Source: Thermoplasmata archaeon
GTDB lineage: Archaea > Thermoplasmatota > Thermoplasmata > Lutacidiplasmatales > UBA184
Assembly (NCBI GenBank): GCA_022750155.1
Contig: JAKIWG010000002.1
Coordinates: 20,947 to 84,946 of the forward strand
Direction of reading: 5' to 3'
Length of the DNA: 64,000 nucleotides
This document shows positions 9,555-19,732 of this stretch, in pieces. A model generated the notes under the pieces. It worked only from the letters and a program-made list of their open reading frames with translations. It had not been told where the DNA came from and searched no databases. The position numbers and the translations under genes were made by a program. Numbering within the stretch: position 1 is the stretch's first letter; the number at the start of each line of letters is the position of its first letter.

Positions 9555-11285
9555 ATGGAGGCCGAAGGCACGAACGCCACAGGGCGGCCCTGGCACGCCC
9601 ACTACCCCGCCAACGTGCCGTGGGACCTCGCGGTCCCGGACCAGCGGCTCCACGAAGCGGTCGGAGAGTCCCTCCAGCGTTGGCCTGACCGCACGATGAT
9701 GGTCTACTACGGCGCCCGCTGGAGCTATGCACAGTTCTGGGAGGCCGCCGGCCGATTCTCGGCCGCGCTGGCCGCCGAAGGGGTCGGTCCGGGGGATCGC
9801 GTGGCCCTCTACCTGCCGAACTGTCCGGTGTACCCGATCGCCTTCTTCGGGGCCCTCCGGCGCGGGGCGACGGTCGTGCAGGTGAGCCCCCTCTACATCG
9901 GTCAAGACCTCGGTCGCCTCCTGAAGGACGCGGAACCGAAGGCGGTCGTCACGCTCGAGATCCTTTACCCGAACCTCGCCCGGGTCCGCCCCGAAGTGAC
10001 GGTTCCGGTCGCCTTTGTCGCACGGCTCCGCGAACTGTATCCGTGGTGGAAGCGGCCGTTCGTCAACATGGTCCTGAGACGGCAGAAGCTCCCCACGGAG
10101 GTCCCGAGGGGACCATCGATCCGACGCTGGTCGGATGCGATCGGCCCCCGGAGCCCCGTGCCGGACGCCACGGGCGACCCCGCCACCGAGGTCGCGGTCC
10201 TACAGTACACCGGGGGCACCACGGGCCGGCCGAAGGCGGCGATGTTGACGCACCGCAACCTGCTCGCCAACGCGCTCCAGTGCCAGGCGTGGTTCAATGT
10301 CGGGGAGGCGGGGTTCCCCGTGGTCCTCTGTTCGATCCCGTTCTTCCACGTCTATGGAATGACCGTCGCGCTCAACTATCCCCTCATCTCCGGGGCCACC
10401 CTGGTGCTCCAGACCCGTCCGGACATCGACGAGATCCTGCACCTCATCCAGAGATACCGACCCACCCAGTTCCCGGGGGTTCCCGCGCTCTACCAGGGGA
10501 TCAACCATCACCCGAAGCTCGGGCGCTACGACCTGCGATCGATCCGAGTCTGCGTGAGCGGGTCGGCGCCCCTGCCCCACGAGGTCGAGAAACGATTCGA
10601 GGAGCTCACGGGCGGATCGCTCGTCGAGGGGTACGGATTGACCGAGGCCTCGCCCGTGACTCACGCCAATCCCGTCGTCGGCCGACGGAAAACCGGCACC
10701 ATCGGCCTCCCCCTGCCGGCCACCGACCAGCGGGTCGTCGACCTCGAGGAGCCGTCGCGCGCCCCGCCCCCGGGCGAGGCGGGGGAACTGGCGGTCCGGG
10801 GTCCCCAGGTGATGCTCGGCTACTACCGGCATCCGGAGGAGACCGCCCTCGTCCTTCACGACGGCTGGCTGCTCACCGGGGACGTCGCCACCATCGATGA
10901 CGAGGGATACGTAACGATCGTCGACCGCAAGAAGGACATGATCGACGTCGCCGGGCTCAAGGTCTACCCCCGGGAGGTGGAGGAGGTCCTGTTCCAGCAT
11001 CCGGGGATCCTCGATGCGGCCGTCATCGGGCGCCTCGACGCGCAGCGGGGGGAAGTGGTCCACGCCGTCGTGGTGCCCCGCCCGGGGGTGACCGTGACCG
11101 AGGCCGAGCTGATCGGGTTCGTCCGAGAGCGGATCGCCCACTACAAGGCGCCGCGGTCGGTCGAATTCCGCTCCTCCCTTCCGAAGAGCGCGGTCCAGAA
11201 GGTGCTGAGGCGAGTGCTCCGTGAGGAGTCGGCCCGGGGCTCGGGCCTTCCCGATGCGGCCGCCCCTACCGACCCCGCGCGATGA
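9555..11285 (+). CDS. Long-chain fatty acid-CoA ligase (FadD-like)
   Basis: LQYTGGTTGRPK, EGYGLTE, TGD...DRKKDMI. Confidence 0.93.
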   Translation: MEAEGTNATGRPWHAHYPANVPWDLAVPDQRLHEAVGESLQRWPDRTMMVYYGARWSYAQFWEAAGRFSAALAAEGVGPGDRVALYLPNCPVYPIAFFGALRRGATVVQVSPLYIGQDLGRLLKDAEPKAVVTLEILYPNLARVRPEVTVPVAFVARLRELYPWWKRPFVNMVLRRQKLPTEVPRGPSIRRWSDAIGPRSPVPDATGDPATEVAVLQYTGGTTGRPKAAMLTHRNLLANALQCQAWFNVGEAGFPVVLCSIPFFHVYGMTVALNYPLISGATLVLQTRPDIDEILHLIQRYRPTQFPGVPALYQGINHHPKLGRYDLRSIRVCVSGSAPLPHEVEKRFEELTGGSLVEGYGLTEASPVTHANPVVGRRKTGTIGLPLPATDQRVVDLEEPSRAPPPGEAGELAVRGPQVMLGYYRHPEETALVLHDGWLLTGDVATIDDEGYVTIVDRKKDMIDVAGLKVYPREVEEVLFQHPGILDAAVIGRLDAQRGEVVHAVVVPRPGVTVTEAELIGFVRERIAHYKAPRSVEFRSSLPKSAVQKVLRRVLREESARGSGLPDAAAPTDPAR

Positions 11286-12459
11286 GGTCGCGGGAGACCA
11301 CGAGCCGTTGGATCTCGTTCGTCCCTTCGAAGATCTCGCTGATCCGCGCGTCCCGGTAGGCCCGCTCGATCGGGGTCCCGCGGATGTAGCCGAGACCGCC
11401 GTGGATCTGCAGCGCCTCGTCGATCGCGTCGGCGGCCCACTCCGAGGCGAGGCACTTGACGACGGCGGATTCGCGGGTCTTGTTCATCCGGTCGAGGCGG
11501 CTCCACGCCTTCGGGTCATTGCCCAGCCGGTCCTGCGAGGCCGCGGCGTGGTAGACGAGGTAGCGGAGGGCGTGGACGTGCATTCCGATGTCCGCGAGCT
11601 TGAACTGGATCGCCTCGAATTCGCTGATCGGCAGGCCGAACTGGGTGCGGTTCTTCGAGAACTCGAGGGCGGAGTCGAGCGCGGCCTCCATCCCTCCCAG
11701 CGATGCGGCAGCCAGGGAGACCCGCCCCACGTCGAGCGCCGTCATCGCGACGATGAACCCCTTGCCTACCTCCCCGAGGATGTTCTCCGGGCCGACGTCG
11801 ACGTGGTCGAGGATCAGCTCGGCGGTGGACGTGCCGTGGAGACCCATCTTCTTCTCGCACCGGCCCACGGAGAATCCCGGGGTCCCTCGGTCGAGGAGGA
11901 ACGCCGTCACCCCGCCGTTCGGCCCGAGCTTGAGGTCGTTGGCGGCGAGGAGGACGACGGTGTCGGCCTCGCGCCCGTTGGTCACGTAGATCTTGGTGCC
12001 CGTTAGCTCGAACCGCTCCCCCTTCGCCTCGGCGACCGTGTGGACCGCACCGGAGTCGCTGCCCGAGCCGGGCTCGGTCAGGCTGAACGCGAGCAGGCTC
12101 TCCCCGCGGGCGGCCGGGCCGAGCCACCGGCGTTTCTGCTCCGCCGTCCCGTAGTACAATAGGGGGGTCGTGCCGAGCGAGGTGTGGGCACCGACGATCG
12201 CGGCGTGCGAGGCGTCTACCTGCCCCATCTCCTCGAGGAGAATGCAGTAGCCGACCTTCCCGAGCCCGAGGCCCCCGAACTCCTCGGGCACGGGGACCCC
12301 GAAGTAGCCCTCGCTCTGCATCCGGCGGACGGTCGCCGTCGGGAACTCCTCCCGCTCGTCCATCTCCGCGACGATCGGGCCAATCTCGCGTTGCGCGAAG
12401 GAGCGGACCGCGGCGCGGAACGCCACCTGGTCCGGTGTGAACTCGAATTCGATCGGCAT
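11266..12459 (-). CDS. Acyl-CoA dehydrogenase
   Basis: FSLTEPGSGSD, GTKIYVTNG, QIHGGLGY, IFEGTNEIQR. Confidence 0.94.
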   Translation of the reverse strand: MPIEFEFTPDQVAFRAAVRSFAQREIGPIVAEMDEREEFPTATVRRMQSEGYFGVPVPEEFGGLGLGKVGYCILLEEMGQVDASHAAIVGAHTSLGTTPLLYYGTAEQKRRWLGPAARGESLLAFSLTEPGSGSDSGAVHTVAEAKGERFELTGTKIYVTNGREADTVVLLAANDLKLGPNGGVTAFLLDRGTPGFSVGRCEKKMGLHGTSTAELILDHVDVGPENILGEVGKGFIVAMTALDVGRVSLAAASLGGMEAALDSALEFSKNRTQFGLPISEFEAIQFKLADIGMHVHALRYLVYHAAASQDRLGNDPKAWSRLDRMNKTRESAVVKCLASEWAADAIDEALQIHGGLGYIRGTPIERAYRDARISEIFEGTNEIQRLVVSRDLIARGR

Positions 12460-12460
12460 C

Positions 12461-13273
12461 CTATTTCCCCGTGAACCTGGGCGGCCGGTGCTCCGCGAAC
12501 GAGCCGAGTCCCTCCCGGAGGTCCTCGCTGCCGAGTACCTCTCCCTCGAACGCCCGGGCCTCGAGCTCGAGGCCCGCCGATAGCGGCCGCTCCCTTCCTT
12601 CCCGCATCACCCGCTTCGCCGCCTGAACGGCGCGGGGGGCGCGCTGGCCGATGGTGTGGGCGAGGTCGCGCGCGGCGCGGAGCTCCTGTCCGGCGGGCAC
12701 AACCTGGTTGACCAGCCCGATGCGCCACGCCTCCGCCGCATGGATCATGCCCGCAGTGAAGATCATCTCCGCGGCCTTCGAAACCCCTAGCAGCCTCGGC
12801 AGCCGCTGGGTGCCCCCGTAGGCGGGCATGAGCCCGAACGACGTCTCCGGGGCGCCCAACTTCGCCGACTCCCCGGCGACCCGAAGGTCGCAGGCGAGCG
12901 CGAGCTCGAGACCTCCGCCGAGGGCGAGACCTTGGATGGCGCCGATCACCGGGGCGTTCAGCCCTGCAATGCGGGAGAAGAGGGCGTGACCATGGCGGAC
13001 GACCTTCGGGGCCTCGGCGAGGCCGATGGTGGCCATTTCCTTCAGGTCGGCGCCCGCGCAGAAGTTCTTCCCCTCCCCGGTCAGGACGACGCACCGGGTG
13101 CTCGGGGAGCGTTCGAGGGAATCGACTGCTTCGGCGAGGCCGGTCATGACGGCCGTGCTGAGTAAGTTGAGCGGGGGGTTCCGCAGCGTGAGCAGTTCGA
13201 CGCCGTCTCCCTCCGACCGGCGATCCACGAGCGACGACCCCACCCCTGCCCTCGGGGGAGGGAGCACCCGCAC
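12461..13273 (-). CDS. Enoyl-CoA hydratase / crotonase family
   Basis: FCAGADLKE, ALGGGLELALACDLR, PE...GGTQRLPRL. Confidence 0.93.
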   Translation of the reverse strand: MRVLPPPRAGVGSSLVDRRSEGDGVELLTLRNPPLNLLSTAVMTGLAEAVDSLERSPSTRCVVLTGEGKNFCAGADLKEMATIGLAEAPKVVRHGHALFSRIAGLNAPVIGAIQGLALGGGLELALACDLRVAGESAKLGAPETSFGLMPAYGGTQRLPRLLGVSKAAEMIFTAGMIHAAEAWRIGLVNQVVPAGQELRAARDLAHTIGQRAPRAVQAAKRVMREGRERPLSAGLELEARAFEGEVLGSEDLREGLGSFAEHRPPRFTGK

Positions 13274-13350
13274 CCAGATAATCGCTCGCGCACGCCGTCG
13301 CGACGTGTGGGTTGAGCATAGGCTAAACGGGGGACCGCGATGAATCGGCG

Positions 13351-14550
13351 ATGAGCTATCGGGACCTGATCCCGCTCTCCTGCTACTCGCTGCTCGCGAG
13401 CAATCGCGGCAGCCTGTTCATCGTCTACCTGCCGACCTACCTGATCATCGTCAAGGGGGCCACGCCTCCCGAGGCGCTCGCGACGGTCTCGGTCGCGTAC
13501 GTCGCCGCCAGCCTCCTCGCTCCCGTGGCGGGGCGATGGTCGGACCGGGTGGGGCGTCGAAAGCCCTTCCTCCTGGGAGCGGAGCTGAGCGCGCTCCCGG
13601 TCTTCCTCCTCATCCCGTTCCTGGCGACGGCCGAGCTCGCGGGAGCGGCGTTCGTGGCGGCGAACGTCCTCCTCGCGTTCGGGGCGCCGGCCGTGAGCGC
13701 CTACGTCGCCGACGCGAGCCGGGCCGCGGAGCGCGGCGCGGGCTATGGACTGCTGAACGCCGCGGGGAACGCCGGGGGCATCGCGGGATTCGTCGCCATC
13801 GCCCTCCTGTCGATCCGGTACGGGTGGTCCGCCCTGTTCCCCTTCATCGTCGTCGTGATGGTGGGGACCGTGCTCGTCGTCGCGTTCTTCGTTCCCGAGG
13901 TCTCGGTGGCTCCGACGCCCCACCGCCGCCCGTGGCGCGAGTACCGGGCGCTCACGACGTTCAGCCTCGCGGTGTCGATCCGGGGCCTGGGCATGGGGGC
14001 CGTCGGAACGTTCTACGGCTACTACGCCACCCAGCTCGGGGCGAGCACCTGGCAGGTCGGAGTGATCGCGATCGTGGGGCTGGTGACCGGGGCACTGATC
14101 TCGATCCCGTTCGGACGGCTCGTCGACCGGCGGGGCGAGATCTCCGGGGTCCTCTGGGGGACGGTGCTGAGCCTGATCGGCATCGGGGTGTTCTTCGTCG
14201 CCACCACCTGGGGGGAGTTGATCCCCGCCCAGGTCCTCCGCGTCCTCGGCATCTCGCTGCTCTCCCCGGCCATGCTTTCGTATGCGGCGCGGCTCTCGCC
14301 CGAAGGACACCGGGCGGAGTTTCTCGGGGTGTTCAGCCTGGTCAATTCGACGTTCTGGAGCCTCGGCCCGCTCATCGGCGGCGTCGTGCTCGGCTTCTAC
14401 GGGGCTTCCGGTCTGTTCGTGTTCGCCGGGGTCACCGCGGTGATCTCCCTGATCGCGGTGGAGGGGCTGTACTACCGCGCCCCCCGACCGCCGCCGACCC
14501 CGGCGGCCGGGGTCCCGATGCCGGGACGCCCCTCGGCCCCGGGACCGTGA
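13351..14550 (+). CDS. MFS transporter
   Basis: Motif A (GRWSDRVGRRK; GRLVDRRG); about 12 hydrophobic segments. Confidence 0.9.
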   Translation: MSYRDLIPLSCYSLLASNRGSLFIVYLPTYLIIVKGATPPEALATVSVAYVAASLLAPVAGRWSDRVGRRKPFLLGAELSALPVFLLIPFLATAELAGAAFVAANVLLAFGAPAVSAYVADASRAAERGAGYGLLNAAGNAGGIAGFVAIALLSIRYGWSALFPFIVVVMVGTVLVVAFFVPEVSVAPTPHRRPWREYRALTTFSLAVSIRGLGMGAVGTFYGYYATQLGASTWQVGVIAIVGLVTGALISIPFGRLVDRRGEISGVLWGTVLSLIGIGVFFVATTWGELIPAQVLRVLGISLLSPAMLSYAARLSPEGHRAEFLGVFSLVNSTFWSLGPLIGGVVLGFYGASGLFVFAGVTAVISLIAVEGLYYRAPRPPPTPAAGVPMPGRPSAPGP

Positions 14551-14575
14551 TATAGGCGGCCTTCGTCAACAGACC

Positions 14576-15445
14576 GTGCAGCACACGACGTTCGCCGACG
14601 CCTCGGCGTCGTGGGAAGAGGCCCGGTTCGTCATCGCCGGGATCCCGTTCGACCGCACCACCTCCTTCCGCCCCGGAGCACGCTTCGGACCGGACTCGAT
14701 CCGCCAGCACTCCTGGAACTTCGAATCGTACGACCTCGAGACCGGGGTCGACCTCTCCGAGGTACCGGTCCACGACCTCGGGAACGCCGGGGAGTTCGGG
14801 AATGCGACGGACATGGCGAACTCCGTCCGGGAGGAGATCCGGCCGATCTACGCCGCCGGAAAGATCCCGATCGTGCTCGGAGGGGACCACGCGTGCTCTC
14901 CACCGTGCGTCGAAGCGTACCCGGACGGCGGGTCGCTCGGCGTCCTCTACATCGACGCCCACATGGACTTCCGGGCGAGCTATCTGGGCGACGCCCGGAG
15001 CCACGCCTGCTCGTCACGCCGGATCGTCGAGAAGCTGGGCGCGCGCAATGTCGTCGTGCTCGGCGTGCGCTCGGTATCGCGCGAGGAGCTCGACGACAAC
15101 AAGGAGATCGGCATGTCGTTCGTGAGCGCCCACGAGGTCGCCGAGGAGGGGATCGAGGCCTCGGTCCAGCGCGCCCTCAACATGCTGAAGACCGACCGGG
15201 TCTACATCTCGCTCGACATCGACGCCATCGACCCGGCGTACGCCGGTGGGACCGGCACCCCCGAGCCGTTCGGCCTGACGCCGCGGGACGTGAAGTACGC
15301 CATCGGCCAGGCGGCGCCGCGACTCGCGGGGATGGACATCATGGAGGTATCCCCTCACTACGACCACGGCAACACGAGCGCCCTCGCCGCCCGGTTCGCC
15401 CGCGAGGCGATCGTTCGGAACGTCCACGCCCTCCACGCGCGTTGA
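14576..15445 (+). CDS. speB: Agmatinase (ureohydrolase family)
   Basis: GARFGP, GGDH, DAHMD, SLDIDAIDPAYAGGTGTPEPFG. Confidence 0.9.
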   Translation: MQHTTFADASASWEEARFVIAGIPFDRTTSFRPGARFGPDSIRQHSWNFESYDLETGVDLSEVPVHDLGNAGEFGNATDMANSVREEIRPIYAAGKIPIVLGGDHACSPPCVEAYPDGGSLGVLYIDAHMDFRASYLGDARSHACSSRRIVEKLGARNVVVLGVRSVSREELDDNKEIGMSFVSAHEVAEEGIEASVQRALNMLKTDRVYISLDIDAIDPAYAGGTGTPEPFGLTPRDVKYAIGQAAPRLAGMDIMEVSPHYDHGNTSALAARFAREAIVRNVHALHAR

Positions 15446-15452
15446 GCGGTCG

Positions 15453-16109
15453 ATGGAGAGCGAGGTCCCGGTCCGAACGCCCCCGGCGGCTCGCGGGGCC
15501 GAGGCCTCGCTACGCAAGGTGGATTGGTGGGGATTCCCGGCGCTCCTGAAGGAGAGGGACTCGAAGGCGTACCGTCCGAAGGCCCTCGACGAACGGCTCC
15601 GCAAGGAACGGACCCGGACCGAGGCCCGCCTGCTCGTGGAGGCACGCCGACTCGGGGTCCGGACCCCGATCCTCTACGACATCGACCTGACCCACCACCG
15701 GCTGGTGATGGAGGAGCTCCCCGGACCGACCCTCAAGGCGTTGATCGACGGCGCCCAGGCCGACCCTGCCGCGCTCGAAGCTCCGCTGGTTCGATTCGGC
15801 GTCGCGATCGGCCGACTCCATGCCGGGGGCGTGACCCACGGGGACCTGACGAGCTCCAACGTGATATTCCCCGAGGGCCCCGGCGGTCCCCCCGCCCTGA
15901 TCGACCTCTCCATGGGCGTCCGCGGGCCTAGCCTCGAGGAGCTCGGCATCGACCTCCACCTCGTCGAGGAGGACCTGAAGGCCCTCCACCCACAGGGCGA
16001 GGAGCTCTTCCAGAAGTTCCTGACCGGGTACGCCGAGGGGAACCCGGGGGGCCATCGCGAGGTGGAGGAACGGGCGAAGGAGATCCGGGGCCGGGTCCGA
16101 TACGCCTGA
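15453..16109 (+). CDS. bud32: KEOPS kinase/ATPase Bud32 (stand-alone)
   Basis: RGAEA, K.R..K.YR..LD..LRKERT..EAR, HGDLTSSN, C-terminal RGRVRY. Confidence 0.9.
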   Translation: MESEVPVRTPPAARGAEASLRKVDWWGFPALLKERDSKAYRPKALDERLRKERTRTEARLLVEARRLGVRTPILYDIDLTHHRLVMEELPGPTLKALIDGAQADPAALEAPLVRFGVAIGRLHAGGVTHGDLTSSNVIFPEGPGGPPALIDLSMGVRGPSLEELGIDLHLVEEDLKALHPQGEELFQKFLTGYAEGNPGGHREVEERAKEIRGRVRYA

Positions 16110-16127
16110 GCGCTCCGGTCCCGCGTG

Positions 16128-17612
16128 CTACGACGGTCGGACCCGCTCCAGCCCGAGGACCAACGCCGCGGGGAGCGCATCGATGAGGTCGGTCGCGATG
16201 AGACCGTCTCCCTTCTCGGCGGCGACCCGGTTTCCGGCCTCCCCCGCCCAGTAGGTCGCGAGGCGTGCCGCCCCCATCGACGGCACACCTTGGGCGAGGA
16301 GCGATCCGATGACCCCGGCGAGCACGTCCCCCGCTCCTGAGACGGTCATGGAGGGGGAGTGGGTCAGATTGAGACACGCCCGCTCCCCGTCGGTGATCAG
16401 GTCCGCCTCACCCTTCACGACGAGGGTGAGCCGGTGGGAGCGGGCCTGGGTGCGGGCGCGGGCCAGCCGCTCCTCGAGTTCGCGGACCGGGGCGGAATCG
16501 AACGACCTTCGGTACTCCCCATCGTTCGGGGTCGCCACGACCATCTGAGGATCCCGAGCCGAATTCCCTTCCCCGAGGGACGCGAGGGGCTGGATCGCAT
16601 CCGCGTCGACGACGATCGGGATCCGCCCGTCGAGCGACGCCACCAATCCCCCCAAGGCGGCGGCGGTCTCCGGGTGGGCTCCCGCGCCCATGCCGAGGAC
16701 GACGGCGGCCGGGGGAGCGGATTCGATCTCCGCCAGGATCGCGGGAACGTCGTCCGGGGTGAATCGGTCGGTGCCGATCGGTCGGACCACGAGCGCCGGG
16801 CTGAACGACTGGACCCGCTCTGCCGCCGGAAGCGGCGCGATGACGGTGGCCCGCTCGGCTCCGGATCGCAAGGCGGCCAGCCCCGCCAGGGCCGGGGCGC
16901 CGGCGTACGGTCCACCGCCGATGACGAGGAGGCGGCCCCGCCTCCCGCGGGCACCCCGCCGTACGGGGAAGTAGAGGAAGTCCCCGGGGCCGGTGCGCCG
17001 CAGGGCCTCCTCGGGGATGCCGATCGACCGAACGGTCACCTCCCCGCAGGTCTCCGCAGCCATCCCCGTCTTCATCGCCGTGAGGGCGACGGTCCATCGG
17101 GGTCGCAGCTTCACGTCGCCGCCGAGTCCGGTCGGGACGTCGATCGAGAGGACCGGAGCCCCGCTCGTCACGAGCTCGCTGACCGCCTCGAGATACGGCG
17201 AGCGAAGCGGCGGGGTCTGGCCCGTGCCCAGCATCGCGTCGAGGACGAGGGGGAACTCGGCGAGCTCGGTGGCCCGCGGGAGCCGTCCGGGCGTCGCGGA
17301 CCGGTTTCGGACCCTCTCCCAGCAACGTCGGGCGGCCGAGGAGCGGATCTCCGAGGGAGGCCGGAGCAGCCAGATCTCCGGGGCATACCCCCACTGGCTG
17401 AGGTAGAACGCCGCGCACGTTCCGTCGCCGCCGTTGTTGCCGGTCCCCGCGAGAATGGCGACGCGGGCCGGCGCAGGAGGCAGGTGACGGATCGCCTCCT
17501 CGGCGACGGCACGACCCGCATTCTCCATCAGGGCGTCGATCGAGATGCCGAGGCCGACGGCGTTGTGCTCGGCGACCGCCATCTCGAGCGCGGAGAGCGG
17601 CGACGCGTTCAC
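16128..17612 (-). CDS. nnr: Bifunctional NAD(P)HX epimerase/dehydratase
   Basis: LMENAGRAVA, GNNGGDG, DAMLGTG, DVPTG; second domain with DADA, TPNDGE, GAGDVLAG. Confidence 0.92.
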   Translation of the reverse strand: MNASPLSALEMAVAEHNAVGLGISIDALMENAGRAVAEEAIRHLPPAPARVAILAGTGNNGGDGTCAAFYLSQWGYAPEIWLLRPPSEIRSSAARRCWERVRNRSATPGRLPRATELAEFPLVLDAMLGTGQTPPLRSPYLEAVSELVTSGAPVLSIDVPTGLGGDVKLRPRWTVALTAMKTGMAAETCGEVTVRSIGIPEEALRRTGPGDFLYFPVRRGARGRRGRLLVIGGGPYAGAPALAGLAALRSGAERATVIAPLPAAERVQSFSPALVVRPIGTDRFTPDDVPAILAEIESAPPAAVVLGMGAGAHPETAAALGGLVASLDGRIPIVVDADAIQPLASLGEGNSARDPQMVVATPNDGEYRRSFDSAPVRELEERLARARTQARSHRLTLVVKGEADLITDGERACLNLTHSPSMTVSGAGDVLAGVIGSLLAQGVPSMGAARLATYWAGEAGNRVAAEKGDGLIATDLIDALPAALVLGLERVRPS

Positions 17613-17622
17613 AGCGGTCCCG

Positions 17623-18054
17623 TCACGTGGGAGGCGGGGCCTCGGAGGGGGTCTCCCCGGTCGAGAAGATGTCGATGGACGAGGGGAGGAGGTTGCGACG
17701 CGCGAGGTACTGGGATTGGGTCCGGCTGTACCGGAACAGGATGTCCGCCTTCCCCTCCTGGAACCCCCAGGGCCGAAGGATCAGGAGGTCGCCCTCCCGG
17801 ATCCACATCTTCTTCTTCATCTTCCCCGTGATCCGGCCCATCCGGGAGATCGAATCCTCGCACATTACGCGTATCCGCGCGGCGCCGAGGAGCTGGCTCG
17901 CCACCCCAAAGATCTCCCCACGCTGCCTTCGCGGAAGCGGCAGGCGGCCGGTCTCCTCCCCGACCTCGCTGACCTCCGCGACCGGCGGGGTTTCCGCCGT
18001 CGGGGTCGCGGTCTCCTCCGTTCCGGGGGGGACCGACTTGGGGTTCTCCGCCAC
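17623..18054 (-). CDS. eif1a: Translation initiation factor aIF-1A
   Basis: QLLGAARIRVMCED..SRMGRITGKMKKKMWIREGDLL..PW.FQ..KADI..RY. Confidence 0.95.
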   Translation of the reverse strand: MAENPKSVPPGTEETATPTAETPPVAEVSEVGEETGRLPLPRRQRGEIFGVASQLLGAARIRVMCEDSISRMGRITGKMKKKMWIREGDLLILRPWGFQEGKADILFRYSRTQSQYLARRNLLPSSIDIFSTGETPSEAPPPT

Positions 18055-18079
18055 GTCGCTCGGAGACGGGCTCAGTATT

Positions 18080-18937
18080 TCAAGACGGGGGGACTCGCGG
18101 GAAGACGCGCTCCGGGTTGTCGAGCAGGATCGCTTCCTGGACCTCGCGCGAGACCGGCAGAGCCTGGAAGGCGCGCAGATTCTCCCCGATATCCTTCACT
18201 CCCGGCCCCGGCCAGTCCGTGCCGAACAGGAGCTTCGGGGCCAGCCGTTCGAGCCCGGGGAAGTACTCGAGGAGCTTGGCGGGCGGCACGCTCGAGAGCT
18301 CGAGGTAGACGCGTTCGAAGCGGCGGGCGAGGAACATCGCCTCGGCGGTCCAGAGCGGGCGACCTCCGTGCGCGAGGACGATCGTGAGATTGGGGAAGTC
18401 GATCGCGACGTCCTCGACCAGCATCGGCTGGCCGAACCGGTTCCGCGCGTTCGGGAAGACCGAGGTGCCGGTATGGAAGATGACGGGGATCCCCCGTTCT
18501 TCACAAGCCGAGTAGATCGCCCGGAGGCCCGGGGCGCTGCCGTCGACGTACCCGTTCGGCGCGAAGAGCTGGTGGGGTGGGTGGATCTTGAGGGCACGAA
18601 TCCCGAGCTCGTCGACCAGCCGTCGGACCTCGTCGCCCGGATTCGGGTGGCTCGGTAGGACGGAGCCGACGGCGATCAGTCGCTGCGGGTCGGCTCGGAC
18701 GTACTCCGCCACGAACTCGTTGGCGCGCTCGGTGTACCCGACGACCTGCGGGCTCACGTAGTTGACGAGGACGGCCCGGTCGATTCCGCACGAGTCGAGG
18801 TAGTTCAGGAATAGCTGGGGGTCGTGAAGGTACCGCTCGATCTGCTCGCCGGGGCCCGACGTGCCGAGCAGGGCCCTCGCGTGCGGGAGCATCTCCCAGA
18901 GCGGGTTGATGTGGACGTGGCAGTCGGTGATGCCCAT
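18080..18937 (-). CDS. Amidohydrolase family protein (Amidohydro_2-like)
   Basis: DCHVH, KIHP, FHTG, LAHGG, LFGTDWP. Confidence 0.88.
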   Translation of the reverse strand: MGITDCHVHINPLWEMLPHARALLGTSGPGEQIERYLHDPQLFLNYLDSCGIDRAVLVNYVSPQVVGYTERANEFVAEYVRADPQRLIAVGSVLPSHPNPGDEVRRLVDELGIRALKIHPPHQLFAPNGYVDGSAPGLRAIYSACEERGIPVIFHTGTSVFPNARNRFGQPMLVEDVAIDFPNLTIVLAHGGRPLWTAEAMFLARRFERVYLELSSVPPAKLLEYFPGLERLAPKLLFGTDWPGPGVKDIGENLRAFQALPVSREVQEAILLDNPERVFPRVPPS

Positions 18938-19034
18938 CGACCGGCCCACCGTGGCCGGGTATATGGGGCGTGGGGGGTCGATTCAACCCCGAGAGAGCCT
19001 TTATCTCACTCCTCCGCCCCTCGAGGATTCCGAG

Positions 19035-19676
19035 ATGTCGAGTTCCCCTGCTTCGCTCGGACCGATGCCCAAGCTCCTGCGGTCGGCGCTCCTCGCGGAC
19101 CAGGAGGCCCTCCTTCGGGAGACCCGCGCCACCAAGTTGTACTTCTTCCCGGGACCGATCCTCGTGTTGATCGTCCTCGGGATCCTCGACTACGCGGCCG
19201 CTTCCGTACGCTACGGCTGGGGTGCGTTCCCGGGTCTCACCGCCCTGTTCGAGAAGATCCCTTCGGGGAACCCGCAGGGCACCTACCTGCTGATCTTCTT
19301 CCTGTTCGTCACGCTGCTCGCGGTGATCTGGCTGATCGTGCGATACCTGCGCTGGATCACCAACGTCTACGCCGTCACGACCCACCGGGTGATCGTCCAG
19401 AGCGGTATCCTCGGCCGGCAGTTCGATGAGATCCCCGTCGGGCAGGTCCGGGGCGTCGATGTCCACCAGTCGGTCCTGCAGCGGCTGCTCCGCTACGGCA
19501 CCGTTCGGGTGAGCGCGGAAGGGGGCGGCGGGCCCCGCTCGATCGGCAACGAGGACTGGGAAGGGATACCCCACCCGTTCGATTTCCAGCGGCTCATCGA
19601 GAGCGCGAACCAAGGGCTCTCGCGGGCGAACGCCGGCGGGAACTGGAACGCGGGTCCCTCGCCCCCCCGCCTGTAG
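19035..19676 (+). CDS. Membrane protein with a bacterial-type PH domain
   Basis: Two TM segments, then YAVTTHRVIVQSGIL...V.QS.LQRLL.YGTV. Confidence 0.8.
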   Translation: MSSSPASLGPMPKLLRSALLADQEALLRETRATKLYFFPGPILVLIVLGILDYAAASVRYGWGAFPGLTALFEKIPSGNPQGTYLLIFFLFVTLLAVIWLIVRYLRWITNVYAVTTHRVIVQSGILGRQFDEIPVGQVRGVDVHQSVLQRLLRYGTVRVSAEGGGGPRSIGNEDWEGIPHPFDFQRLIESANQGLSRANAGGNWNAGPSPPRL

Positions 19677-19732
19677 TCGGCGGCGCGCGCCCAAGGTTAA
19701 ATCGCCCGCCCCGCTCGCGGGGCGGAGCCGCA

